Shown piece by piece: positions 1-9,357 of a stretch of 64,000 bases of DNA. This DNA is from Deferribacterales bacterium (GTDB taxonomy: Bacteria; Chrysiogenota; Deferribacteres; Deferribacterales; Geovibrionaceae). Position 1 is the first letter of the stretch, and each line of letters begins with the position of its first letter. The position numbers and the translations under genes are program-made. The notes below the pieces were generated by a model that was given only the letters and a program-made list of their open reading frames with translations, did not search any database and had not been told where the DNA came from. The DNA lies in NCBI GenBank assembly GCA_050251945.1, contig JBFWLW010000003.1:273848-337847 (forward strand). The letters run 5' to 3'.

Positions 1-842
1 AGCATGATGATAACGCGTTCTATGTCTTTGATGTTTATGTTGTTATAGATGAAATCCGAAACAAACTGCTTCTCAAGCAGAGTCTCAAGACGTTCCGAGG
101 TCTTTATCGTACCTTTGGAAGCAATATTCCCTATACCTGCGCTGTAGTGATAGTATTGAATTCCGTCTGGAAGCTGGATGAGCAGTAGCCCGTCGTTGGA
201 GTATGAGTCGTCCTGAACCATATTCCCGTTTATATGCGAAACTATTTTAATGGTCTCTTCCTGATGTTTTGCGGATTCTCCCTGAATCTCTTCCTCAATA
301 GGAGGGGTGAAAGCAAATGTTTCATGTGAAACACGTTCTTCAGGGACATCATCAAGGACAGTTTCATCGACAATAAGCTCAGGCTCATAGTTTTCAGGCA
401 CTTTTACGGGTTCCTTAACGGAGGCTTCCGATTGGCTTATGAACATGTCGGAGTGGAGGAAGGGTTTAAATTCATTCTCTTCCACCTCACCGGATTTTTT
501 AACGATCTTCATGCTGATGATGCCGGGGTTAACGTTTTCGCGTTTAGTAGGTTCCTGTGTGTCCACCTTAATGTCAGACTTGACTGAATACTGGCATGCC
601 AGGCGAATACCTGAATCGAGGCTTGTTTCGGCGAGAACAAGACGTTCTTTTTTTGTGGGTTTATTGACGTCGGGACCTGTGATCTTCACCTTGCATTTTC
701 CGCACTGGCTGCTGCCGTCGCAGAGCATTTTATCAATAAGGTCGTGTTCGCGCAGAACCTTATAAAGATTTGAACCGTGTTTGACCTCAAGAACTATGTT
801 TTTATTTACTATTGTTATTTTATACTTGCTGGTAAAAAACAT
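1..842 (-). CDS. 2Fe-2S ferredoxin-domain protein (possibly ASKHA/DUF4445 type), 3' end outside the window
   Basis: Hand translation from ATG at 842: MFFTSKYKITIVNKNIVLEVKHGSNLYKVLREHDLIDKMLCDGSSQCGKCKVK...RLACQ, a plant-type 2Fe-2S Cys motif. Not in the ORF track because it is truncated. Confidence 0.75.
   Translation of the reverse strand, partial: MFFTSKYKITIVNKNIVLEVKHGSNLYKVLREHDLIDKMLCDGSSQCGKCKVKITGPDVNKPTKKERLVLAETSLDSGIRLACQYSVKSDIKVDTQEPTKRENVNPGIISMKIVKKSGEVEENEFKPFLHSDMFISQSEASVKEPVKVPENYEPELIVDETVLDDVPEERVSHETFAFTPPIEEEIQGESAKHQEETIKIVSHINGNMVQDDSYSNDGLLLIQLPDGIQYYHYSAGIGNIASKGTIKTSERLETLLEKQFVSDFIYNNINIKDIERVIIM
318..333. promoter_or_regulatory. parS-like palindrome
   Basis: TGTTTCATGTGAAACA, one mismatch from the widely conserved parS TGTTTCACGTGAAACA. 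Confidence 0.7.
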
Positions 843-895
843 ATAAACCCCCGGATTTATAGACTAAATCGGAAAAAAAGCGAAGTCCTGAACAG

Positions 896-2062
896 CTACA
901 GCTGAATTTTATCAGAAATATGCTGATATATTCTCAGGTCAAACTCAGGAGTGATCGCGGTTAAGTGGTCAAAAATATCAGCCTGAACATCTTCATAGAA
1001 ACCCCAGTCAGTATCACACACGAAAGCGTAAATTTCAATGGGGAGTCCGTCGGGCGTTGGCGGCATCTGCCGGACAAGGAGCGTCATCCCTTTATGTATA
1101 CTTTTATTATGCTGGAGATAGCTTTTTATGTATACTCTGAAAGTGCCTATATTGGTGAGTCTGCGTTTATTGATATCTGTTCCGGTAGGGTCGATGTCTT
1201 CATTAAGCTTTGAATCGAGATAGTTTTTAATAAGAGTGAAGTTCTTAAGCTTTTCTATGTCTTCAGGCGTGAGGAATTTGATGCTGGACTGGTCTATTGT
1301 GATAGTTCTCTTTATCCTTCTTCCGCCGGATTCCTGCATCCCGCGCCAGTTTTTAAAAGAGCCTTCAATAAGTTTGCTGGTGGGGACGGTCACAGTTGTT
1401 TTGTCAAAGTTTTCAACCTTTATTGTATAAAGGGCGATATCCTGAACAACGCCGTCGACACCGTATGCGGGAATTTCTATCCAGTCGCCTTTGTGTACAA
1501 GATCGTTGAACATTATCTGCACACCTGCTATGAAGGACATTATGGTGTCTTTGAATATCAACATTAGCAAGGCGGTCATAGCACCCAATCCGCTGAGTAT
1601 GCCCAGCGGTGATTTGCCTATTACCATGCATACGGAGATTATCACCCCGAGGAATCCCGCCGCCACCTGAATCATCTGGATATAGCCTTTAATTGGTCTG
1701 CGGACGGAAACCTCAAAAGTGTTGTATATGTTTATTATAACAGTCAGCAGTCTGACTATGAATATAGTTATGTTTACGGCTATGTACGCGGAAATTATCT
1801 GCGTAATGTGCTTCGGCAGGCTGATAATGTCCGATGAGTAGATGAACACCAGCGCAGGAGCAATGAAGGCAAGCTGTGAGAAGATATTAGACTCAATGAG
1901 CATATCGTCATAGTTGTTCTCGGTTTTTTCAAAATACTTGTGGATATATCTTACAATAACTTTTTTGACGATAAAGTAACTTAAGATCGCGACAAGTATT
2001 ACCGCAAGATACTCAGAGGATTCCAGAAAGAAATCCAGCACTCGTTTTAAAAACGGATTCAT
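896..2062 (-). CDS. MscS-family mechanosensitive channel (YbdG-like)
   Basis: N-terminal TM helices; GDWIEIP..VDGVV.DI.L.T.KV.NFDKT and SFKNWRGMQESGGRRIKR motifs. Confidence 0.9.
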   Translation of the reverse strand: MNPFLKRVLDFFLESSEYLAVILVAILSYFIVKKVIVRYIHKYFEKTENNYDDMLIESNIFSQLAFIAPALVFIYSSDIISLPKHITQIISAYIAVNITIFIVRLLTVIINIYNTFEVSVRRPIKGYIQMIQVAAGFLGVIISVCMVIGKSPLGILSGLGAMTALLMLIFKDTIMSFIAGVQIMFNDLVHKGDWIEIPAYGVDGVVQDIALYTIKVENFDKTTVTVPTSKLIEGSFKNWRGMQESGGRRIKRTITIDQSSIKFLTPEDIEKLKNFTLIKNYLDSKLNEDIDPTGTDINKRRLTNIGTFRVYIKSYLQHNKSIHKGMTLLVRQMPPTPDGLPIEIYAFVCDTDWGFYEDVQADIFDHLTAITPEFDLRIYQHISDKIQL

Positions 2063-3516
2063 TAAATTATCACCTCAAAATTTCCCAGATCCGCCGTCAT
2101 TTCCTTTGCCGGATTCATGACCTGAAGATCCTGTTTATTGAATTTAAACCAGCGCACGGTTCCGTTATCGACTTGGATATCATTCATGTATTCAGAGATA
2201 TCCTTTTCAGTTTTTATGGACACGGTATAGCTGTTTTGTACCTGTTTGATCACTATGAGCGTTTCGCCCAGTTCGGTAAAACTAGTTGAAACGTAGACAG
2301 TATTGGAACCGTCGGCTCCTCTTTTGAGCTTGAACAGGGTATCGCCGACGTTTTCATCTTTTGTTTTGAGGAATGACATAACGCCGTCGGCTATCACAAG
2401 GTTGGTTATCTGCATCTTTGTGATGCCGTCTTTTGCCTGATTATCGCCTGTAAGCAGAGCTCGGAATTTTTCATCTCCGCCTAAATCGTGGTCGTTAAGC
2501 AGTTTGTTTTCAAAGGTGAGACCACTGTTTTTCAACGCATCTTTAAGTGTCTGATGTGTCATATCCTCCATGCTGACACGGGTGAATTTGCCGAACGCCT
2601 GCATGAATTTTTCAATATCAAAGCCTGTAACCTGCTGTTTAACATACTGGGGATTCAGATTTTCCACAGGGAGCTTTGCAAAAGTCAGGAGGATGGAATC
2701 AGGCTGTATCTTTGCTTCTGCTATGAGAGTTTTAAAAAGCTGAGGGTCAAGCTTGACCTCGAACAGAGTGTCCCTGACGCTGATGAGGGTTTTGCCGTTG
2801 TCCAGCATTTTTACGACATGAACCTCCATCGGCTCGCCGTCTGCAACGGGAATGGAGTTCGGAGGGAGTTTTATTGCTGTCGTTGTATTGTTATCTATAA
2901 CTGCAAGGGCAGTGCGGATGGCAGGTAACGGCAATGTTTGCTGAGCCTGCTTCTGACCGTCTGCCTGCGGGATGATGGTTTCGGCTTTTTGAGGCAGAAC
3001 GCGCACGTCCTTAACGATCGCTGTTCCTACCTGCTGTCTTGTTTCCTGCCGGAGCTGTGCTGACTGGGGTGCAGGCTGCTGCGACGCATTTTGCTGAGGC
3101 AGAGTCTTTGTTTGCGGCAGAACCTGAAGTTCTGGTTTTAGCACAGTCTGCTGCTGAGGAGCCGGATTGTTTTGCTGCGGCTGGCTTTGGGTTTGTAGCG
3201 GCTGCTTGGAGAAGGTATCCTGCTGTTGGGCAGACGGCTGGGTAAAAGTTGTAGCGGCTTTTTCTAAAAGCGGGGGAAAGAATTTGAACTGTGCCGTGCC
3301 GTTGGCACCTTTTGTGACCACAGCCTGAAAGTTTTTGGAAGATGGCTCAAAGTCAAGCTCTGCTGACACGGTCTTACCTTTCACCGACAGAAGGAATCCG
3401 CCTGCGCGAAGACGTTTCAGCACCTCAACTTTTGTTTCCTCGCCCTCTTTAAGGGTTACCTCCTGCTCTTGTCCATCCTGCGTGGAGACCGGAACAGTTT
3501 GTTTTGTTATTTCCAT
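2062..3516 (-). CDS. Hypothetical protein with Q/P-rich linker (possibly FliK-like, flagellar)
   Basis: 484-aa ORF coupled to its neighbours, long Gln/Pro low-complexity stretch. Function inferred from context only. Confidence 0.6.
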   Translation of the reverse strand: MEITKQTVPVSTQDGQEQEVTLKEGEETKVEVLKRLRAGGFLLSVKGKTVSAELDFEPSSKNFQAVVTKGANGTAQFKFFPPLLEKAATTFTQPSAQQQDTFSKQPLQTQSQPQQNNPAPQQQTVLKPELQVLPQTKTLPQQNASQQPAPQSAQLRQETRQQVGTAIVKDVRVLPQKAETIIPQADGQKQAQQTLPLPAIRTALAVIDNNTTTAIKLPPNSIPVADGEPMEVHVVKMLDNGKTLISVRDTLFEVKLDPQLFKTLIAEAKIQPDSILLTFAKLPVENLNPQYVKQQVTGFDIEKFMQAFGKFTRVSMEDMTHQTLKDALKNSGLTFENKLLNDHDLGGDEKFRALLTGDNQAKDGITKMQITNLVIADGVMSFLKTKDENVGDTLFKLKRGADGSNTVYVSTSFTELGETLIVIKQVQNSYTVSIKTEKDISEYMNDIQVDNGTVRWFKFNKQDLQVMNPAKEMTADLGNFEVII

Positions 3517-3517
3517 A

Positions 3518-4009
3518 TCAGCTTATATCCAGTTTTCGGACGATCTGTACTTCTGTTGTGGATATGCCGAGTCTTGATGCGATCTCGGTATCCTGCAGAC
3601 CGGAGCGGATAAGCTCTGCGATCTTGTCCCGCATTGTAAGCGGTTCATGGGAGAATTGCGGTTCCGACAATGCCGCCTGTCTCTGCTGCATTGCGAAATA
3701 CTGCTTCAGGACAGCTTTTTCCTCCGGAGCCTTTATAGACTCAAGCCGCTTTAATTTATCTTCGGCAAGAGTTGAAATATCTTCAAGAAGTTCTTCTTTC
3801 TTTGCTATGGCGTCTTCAAGTTTGTCTGCAACGCGTTCTGATTCGATAACGAGTTCCCGCAGTTCCTCCATGAAAGGGTAGAGGTCTTTGGGACTGACGT
3901 CCGCCAGACGTTTCTGGATGTTATGTATTTTTGTGAAAGCTATAAGGAGCATGATGAACATAACGCATATAAGGAAAAATGCGAGGCTGATAAGCGTTGT
4001 TTCAGACAT
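3518..4009 (-). CDS. Single-TM coiled-coil protein with C-terminal HTH-like motif
   Basis: Likely start MSETTL at 4009; hydrophobic N-terminus; C-terminal EIASRLGISTTEVQIV. Confidence 0.7.
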   Translation of the reverse strand: MSETTLISLAFFLICVMFIMLLIAFTKIHNIQKRLADVSPKDLYPFMEELRELVIESERVADKLEDAIAKKEELLEDISTLAEDKLKRLESIKAPEEKAVLKQYFAMQQRQAALSEPQFSHEPLTMRDKIAELIRSGLQDTEIASRLGISTTEVQIVRKLDIS

Positions 4010-4787
4010 TTGCCCTGATCCTTTTAAGTTTTTCCCTCTCTTTCTCAAAGACGAAATGTACCATTCCGTCTCTTGATATCTCGTCCAGATGCACAAATTC
4101 CGATATCACTATCACGCCTTGGGGGGCTTTGATAACCTCTTTCGCTTTGCAAAGGGCGGCAAAAATAAAGTTGGATGTGTATTTCGGAGTGGACTGAATG
4201 AAAAAATGGTCACCCGCGGATGCGCTGCCGGAAGTGAAATAAAGTCCTCCGCCGCTCATGGCGAGAAGTTTACATTCCTCAAGCCCGTCAATGTTTCCGT
4301 CCATCTTGTGTGCCAGCAGCTCGTCGAGCTTTCCGTCTATCTGAAGCAGAAGCCTGAAGAGGAACTGATTTGTAAGAGTCTCATCGGAAAGAACGTTTTT
4401 TATCTGTGTGGTGAGGCTGTTTCTGAATCGCCTGTTAATATTGTCAGTTTTCTGTTTGAAATCAGCTATCTCCGATTCCTGCACACGGCGAAACTCCACT
4501 GTTTCATAGGTATCTATGATGTGGAACTGTTCAGCTTCATCCGTCTGCACGCCGGAAACAGGAGAAAGAGCCAGTCTGCCGTTCTGAAAGTTTTTAAACG
4601 AACATACCGCAGAATGCAGTATATTGGTTTCATACCATTCAAAGCGCATATAGAGCGCATTTTGTGCATCCTCTTCGCTCAGCCCTGTCGGGATCACCAC
4701 GAAAGATGCCGGATTTTCACTCCGGCATTGAATAACCTGAACTTTGTCAGAACAAATAACAATCAATTTACATATCTGCATTATCAC
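4002..4787 (-). CDS. PilZ-like domain protein
   Basis: C-terminal AMSGGGLYF ... EFVHLDEISRDGMVHFVFEKERE resembles PilZ proteins found in flagellar clusters. Confidence 0.6.
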   Translation of the reverse strand: MIMQICKLIVICSDKVQVIQCRSENPASFVVIPTGLSEEDAQNALYMRFEWYETNILHSAVCSFKNFQNGRLALSPVSGVQTDEAEQFHIIDTYETVEFRRVQESEIADFKQKTDNINRRFRNSLTTQIKNVLSDETLTNQFLFRLLLQIDGKLDELLAHKMDGNIDGLEECKLLAMSGGGLYFTSGSASAGDHFFIQSTPKYTSNFIFAALCKAKEVIKAPQGVIVISEFVHLDEISRDGMVHFVFEKEREKLKRIRANV

Positions 4788-5017
4788 GCTTCCAGATCAA
4801 TTATGTGCCCCGTGTCCTTCACAAGTCTTCTTGCGACCTGTTTCTGGCGCTCACGGTTCTTTTTTTGCTCCTGTTCCTGTTTTTTTCTCTCTTCATCGCC
4901 GATGGTCTTGCCTTCGGGTTTATCCGCCTGATTAACAGATTCAGCCTTGTGCTTAAATTCGTTCTGCTGTTCATGGGTCACAGCCATAGCCTTGTTGTCA
5001 GCGTTTCTCTGCTGCAC
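4784..5017 (-). CDS. Small hypothetical protein (start uncertain)
   Basis: Charged ORF ending DTGHIIDLEA; the frame stays open upstream to about 5070 without an ATG. Confidence 0.55.
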   Translation of the reverse strand: MQQRNADNKAMAVTHEQQNEFKHKAESVNQADKPEGKTIGDEERKKQEQEQKKNRERQKQVARRLVKDTGHIIDLEA

Positions 5018-5083
5018 GTCCTGAATCTTTTCGGCAACCAGTGTGTGTTGAACCTCAATGGGACCTATCCCATGGCATTACCC

Positions 5084-5917
5084 TCAGATTTTTCTATAAA
5101 TTATACCACCGCCGAAGTTTTCCATCCTGAACGCTTCCGATATTTTGTTAAGGGTTTCGGAGTGTCCGAGATAAAGCGCTCCGGGCATACCCAGAGATTT
5201 ATGGAACAGGTCGATAACCTTCTGCTTTGCAGGGATATCGAAGTAAATAAGCACGTTTCTGCAAAATATGATGTCGAGCCTTCCGACTTTTGCACTCATC
5301 ATGGGGTTGAGCAGGTTGCCCTGAAAGAACTTTACCTTGTTCATGATGTTTGCGTCCAGCTTGAAAGCGAAACCGTCCTTCGTAAAATATTTATCCTGTA
5401 TCATCGGCGGAACGCCTCTGAAGGATATCGTTCTGTAAAGACCTTTCTGGGCGATATCAAGAACCTCGGTGTTTATATCCGTCGCCAGTATCTCAATATT
5501 CGCCTTTGCAAAAAGCCCTGCCTCGTTCAGAAGAATGGCGAGAGAATAGGGCTCCTCTCCGGATGAACATGCGGCGGACCATATGCGTATTGATCTTTTG
5601 CCGGCACTCAGCAGCTCCGGTATAGCGGTTTTGATCATGTGATCCATCTGCGCTCTTTCCCGCAGGAAATAGGTTTCGTTGATGGTCACCTGATTAAGCA
5701 GAATCTCCATCTCCTCCCGCTTCTTGGCATCGTATTTAAGGTAATAGATGTAATCCTTAAAGCTGTTGAAGTTGAGTTCCTGTAGCCTTTTGGACAGTCT
5801 GTTCTCAAGAAGATACTTCTTGCTGTCCGCAAACGAGATAGCGGCATTCTTATAGATTATGTCTTTAAGTTCCACAAACTCGTCGTCTTTAATTTTTATG
5901 GTTGCAGCAGTTATCAT
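5084..5917 (-). CDS. cheR: Chemotaxis protein-glutamate methyltransferase
   Basis: TINETYFLRE, IWSAACSSGEEPYS, DIIFCRNVLIYFD, LYLGHSE motifs. Confidence 0.95.
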   Translation of the reverse strand: MITAATIKIKDDEFVELKDIIYKNAAISFADSKKYLLENRLSKRLQELNFNSFKDYIYYLKYDAKKREEMEILLNQVTINETYFLRERAQMDHMIKTAIPELLSAGKRSIRIWSAACSSGEEPYSLAILLNEAGLFAKANIEILATDINTEVLDIAQKGLYRTISFRGVPPMIQDKYFTKDGFAFKLDANIMNKVKFFQGNLLNPMMSAKVGRLDIIFCRNVLIYFDIPAKQKVIDLFHKSLGMPGALYLGHSETLNKISEAFRMENFGGGIIYRKI

Positions 5918-7332
5918 ATTTCTTCCAGTACAGCCTGTATCTTTTCTTTAACATACTTGCTGTCGTCAGCAGCCAGTCTGGACATAAGCATGTCCCTGAA
6001 GCCGTCGGGTCTGATTTGCTCCAGAATCTCAAGAGCTTTGTAGCGCACAAGCCAGCTTGAATCGTTTTCAAAAAGGTTCAAAGCCGCTGCCTTCGCGTTC
6101 TCTTTGTTATCGTGGAACAGTGACGCAAGCACTTCTTTCCGGATATCCTCGTTACCGTTGTCGAGGATTCCCATATAAAAATCGCTGAAATCACCGGGTA
6201 TTTTGCCCAGCGCCTCTACGATGGCGAGTTTGACGTTCTCATCCACTTTGTCGTAGCTGTCGGTGAGCCTGTCCGCTTCGGATGCAGAGCATATCTCGCC
6301 GCAAGCTTTAACAGCGAAATAGCCTACCCAAGCGTCGTTGTCGGTGATGCGCGACATGATATCCTCAAGCTTGTCCTTAGCTTTAATTTTTGCAAGCCCG
6401 CTTGCCGAAGCCTCGCGTATTTTGATGGACTTGCTGTCGAGCCCTTTGATAAGGATGTCGGATACCCCGCTCTTGTTGAAAGATGAGACCGCGCGTATCA
6501 GCACAGCTTTAACGTCGTCCTCATTTTCGTTATCCAGAGCGCCTTTAAGCAGTTCAAAACAGTTGTTGTCGTTTATGAGTGTCAGCGCCTGAATGGCGGC
6601 GGTGCGGATTATTTTGCTTGTGCTTGTGAGGAGTCTTCCGAGCCTTGCCGCATCGGAATCGTCACTGAGCAGGGCTATGGACGCGGCGGCGGCTTCCGCC
6701 ACCTCTTCATGTCCTGTTTCAAGCACGTCGTAAATTCTTTCTTTGCTGCTGGAATCGCCGAACCAGCCGAGAACAAGAACGGACGCCTGAACTATGAGCG
6801 GAATTTCGCTGTCAAGTTCCTGTTTGATGCGTTCTTCGGCACTGTAATCGTGCGCCTTTCCCATGGTGAGGATGGCATAAAATTTAAGTTCGGGTTCGGG
6901 CATCTCCAATATTTTAAGGAGTTTCGCGCGGAATTCGTCTGAATATGATGCCGCTATAAAGTCTGAAACTCTGTCTGCATAATCAGGCTGAAAGAATTTT
7001 TCCACCAGCTCGTCGGATGTGTATGATGAGAAGTCCTCTTCGATATTAAAGTAGGAGGTAAGGTTCGCCATTTCCATGACCTGATAAACGTTGTCACAAA
7101 CGTTTGTAACGGCAAACTCGGCACCTATTTTGGCGGAGTTCTTTTTCATGGCTATGAGAGCGGCGAGAGCCTTGCTCTGTATGTAGTAGCAGTTTTTCAG
7201 GTCGAGACTGATGCGCTTGATGTCTTTAAGGTTGACTATCTCGCGCGCTGCATTTTCAAGATCGCTGTAGGGTGCGTCCTGTTCCACCAATATCTTGAGG
7301 AAATCACCGTAACGGGTGAATTTATAAGACAT
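5914..7332 (-). CDS. STAS plus HEAT-repeat protein
   Basis: N-terminal STAS-like segment (LDLKNCYYIQSKALAALI...VYQVMEMANL) followed by HEAT/PBS-type repeats (IRTAAIQAL, IREASASGLAK, VKLAIVEALGK). Confidence 0.8.
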   Translation of the reverse strand: MSYKFTRYGDFLKILVEQDAPYSDLENAAREIVNLKDIKRISLDLKNCYYIQSKALAALIAMKKNSAKIGAEFAVTNVCDNVYQVMEMANLTSYFNIEEDFSSYTSDELVEKFFQPDYADRVSDFIAASYSDEFRAKLLKILEMPEPELKFYAILTMGKAHDYSAEERIKQELDSEIPLIVQASVLVLGWFGDSSSKERIYDVLETGHEEVAEAAAASIALLSDDSDAARLGRLLTSTSKIIRTAAIQALTLINDNNCFELLKGALDNENEDDVKAVLIRAVSSFNKSGVSDILIKGLDSKSIKIREASASGLAKIKAKDKLEDIMSRITDNDAWVGYFAVKACGEICSASEADRLTDSYDKVDENVKLAIVEALGKIPGDFSDFYMGILDNGNEDIRKEVLASLFHDNKENAKAAALNLFENDSSWLVRYKALEILEQIRPDGFRDMLMSRLAADDSKYVKEKIQAVLEEI

Positions 7333-7335
7333 ATG

Positions 7336-7656
7336 TTACCCCAGTGCTTGAGATTGCGTATCGTAAATCTTAAATACTTTGTCCAGTCCTGTGAAGGTGA
7401 ACATTTCGCGGATGTCTGCAGACATTTCGCACAGTTTCAGTTCTTTTTTAAGTTTATTAACACTTTTGAGCAGGTCGATGATCTCTCTGAGACCGGAGCT
7501 GTTCATATAAACAACGCCTTTAAAGGAGATCACAACAGAAGATGCAGAGTTATAAAGGTCAAGAATACCCTTTTTAAGCTCGCTTCCTGTCTGTGCGTTC
7601 ACTTCGCCTTTAACAAAAACAACTTTTTTCCCGCCGTTATCCTGTACGTCAAACAT
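7336..7656 (-). CDS. STAS anti-sigma factor antagonist (RsbV/SpoIIAA-like)
   Basis: Start MFDVQ at 7656 after GGAGG; VVYMNSSGLREI phospho-Ser motif; FTFTGLDKVFKIY. Confidence 0.88.
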   Translation of the reverse strand: MFDVQDNGGKKVVFVKGEVNAQTGSELKKGILDLYNSASSVVISFKGVVYMNSSGLREIIDLLKSVNKLKKELKLCEMSADIREMFTFTGLDKVFKIYDTQSQALG

Positions 7657-7666
7657 CTGGATCCTC

Positions 7667-9241
7667 CTAAAGTTTTTTAAATGCCAATATGGTGATATCA
7701 TCTTCAAAGGGGTGTCCCTGTGTAAATGCTCTGACATCCTCCATGATATTCTCTATCAGCTCGCTTACAGGCAGAGACGAGAACATCATGATCTTCGATA
7801 TAAGCTGGTCGTACCCGTATTGCTCACGGCTGCGGTTCATAGCTTCGTTCAGACCGTCTGTGTACATGAACACTATGTCGCCGCTGTCAAGAGTGAGCGT
7901 ACCCTCTTCATATTCTACCATATCAAATGCTCCTAGGAACATTCCGTGGGCAGAAACTTTTTTAACCAGCATTTCGGACTTGTCATACAGCAGTAGGGGG
8001 TTGTGTCCCGCGCTTGCAAAATTGCAGACTCCCTTTGCAGAATCAAGAACAAGATAGAACATTGTGACAAAGTCGTTGGTGTGGATATTGTCGCAGAGTA
8101 TCTCGTTCACCATGGCAACAGCCTCGGAGGAAGATATGATGTCGTATGTGTAGGAACGCATTATGGCGCGGGTTATCGCCATGATAACGGATGCCGGTAT
8201 GCCGTGGCCGGAAACGTCCGCCACGCCGAGACCCCAGTAGCCGTTACTCATTTCGATACAGTCGTAATAATCGCCGCCTGCATGTTCCGCAGGAGTGTAA
8301 AAGGCGCCGAAGTCGTATCCGGGTATCTCCGGCAGCTTTTCGGGAAGCAGACTCGCCTGAATCTGTCCCACCTGCATAAGTTCTTCATCTATTATCTTAT
8401 GGGCCGTTTTCAGCTTATCGTTCATGCGCAGAAGGTCTTCGTTCAAAAGTGCCATCTGGCGCTGTTTCTCCTGAAGTACACTCTGCTGGGTCTTTATCTC
8501 GTCTATAAGCTTCAGTTCTTTTGTTGTGTCCCTTAAAGATTCGACAATATACTTGTCAAAGTGGTTCATGGTGACCGTGAGCTTTTTTCCGTTTGCCTCT
8601 CGGAATGAGCGTACGTTTTTCGGGTCGAGAAGGGGACAGTCTTTGCATTGTTCCGTATAGCCGTATATCTCAAAGCATTTGATAGAAGTCATGCTTACGC
8701 CGTACAGCCCGCATGTCTCCTGCAGACTGGTGTTTGACATGTTGATGGTCAGATCGGGGTTCACCACCATAACGCCGTCGTTGAGCGAGTTTATGGTCTT
8801 GAGGATAAAGCGGTGTTCCTTTTCCGTCTCTTTGCGTTTGAGGTTAAGGATAATGTTGGACGCTTTAAGCTCTTTCGAGTGCCGGGTCAGCTTGTCTATG
8901 AGCTTTTTTGTGCTGGTGATGTCCGTAAGTATCTCCGCATATGTGCCTTCCTGCAGAGTTATGAATTTTGCAGAGAGCAGTTTGCGGAAACCCCTATGCG
9001 TGATGGTATCGTGTTCGATATCAATCGGGATCCTGTTTTCACGCAGTTTCTGGAGCTGACATTCTTTGCAGGGTTCCATTTTGTTGAAAATAACCATATG
9101 GCATTTCTTGCCGATCATTTTCTCCGGCGGCTTCCCCGTGATGTTTTTCACCTGAGGGCTGCAATACTGTATCTGGTATTTGTCGTTAATGACAAACACC
9201 ACTTCGCTGATATAATTTAGTATCTCTTTTATGTATTCCAT
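7667..9241 (-). CDS. PAS-domain SpoIIE/PP2C phosphatase (RsbU-like)
   Basis: Two PAS-like segments; GGDYYD, ADVSGHG, YTDGLNEA, DDITIL motifs. Confidence 0.92.
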   Translation of the reverse strand: MEYIKEILNYISEVVFVINDKYQIQYCSPQVKNITGKPPEKMIGKKCHMVIFNKMEPCKECQLQKLRENRIPIDIEHDTITHRGFRKLLSAKFITLQEGTYAEILTDITSTKKLIDKLTRHSKELKASNIILNLKRKETEKEHRFILKTINSLNDGVMVVNPDLTINMSNTSLQETCGLYGVSMTSIKCFEIYGYTEQCKDCPLLDPKNVRSFREANGKKLTVTMNHFDKYIVESLRDTTKELKLIDEIKTQQSVLQEKQRQMALLNEDLLRMNDKLKTAHKIIDEELMQVGQIQASLLPEKLPEIPGYDFGAFYTPAEHAGGDYYDCIEMSNGYWGLGVADVSGHGIPASVIMAITRAIMRSYTYDIISSSEAVAMVNEILCDNIHTNDFVTMFYLVLDSAKGVCNFASAGHNPLLLYDKSEMLVKKVSAHGMFLGAFDMVEYEEGTLTLDSGDIVFMYTDGLNEAMNRSREQYGYDQLISKIMMFSSLPVSELIENIMEDVRAFTQGHPFEDDITILAFKKL

Positions 9242-9357
9242 TTTGCCCTACGGTGCGTCCTTTATGAGCTAAGTAATTTAAAATTATGTAATTTTAAATT
9301 ATAATCGTTAAAAAATCAAACAAATTGCATGTATACGAATATACCGGATCGGTATTT

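Noticed and set aside
4089..5566. Long plus-strand ORFs (280 and 253 aa), and similar ones at 14870-17664, 28908-30763, 52824-53733 and 62560-63267
   Set aside because: Antisense shadows of well-supported genes, with no recognisable motifs.
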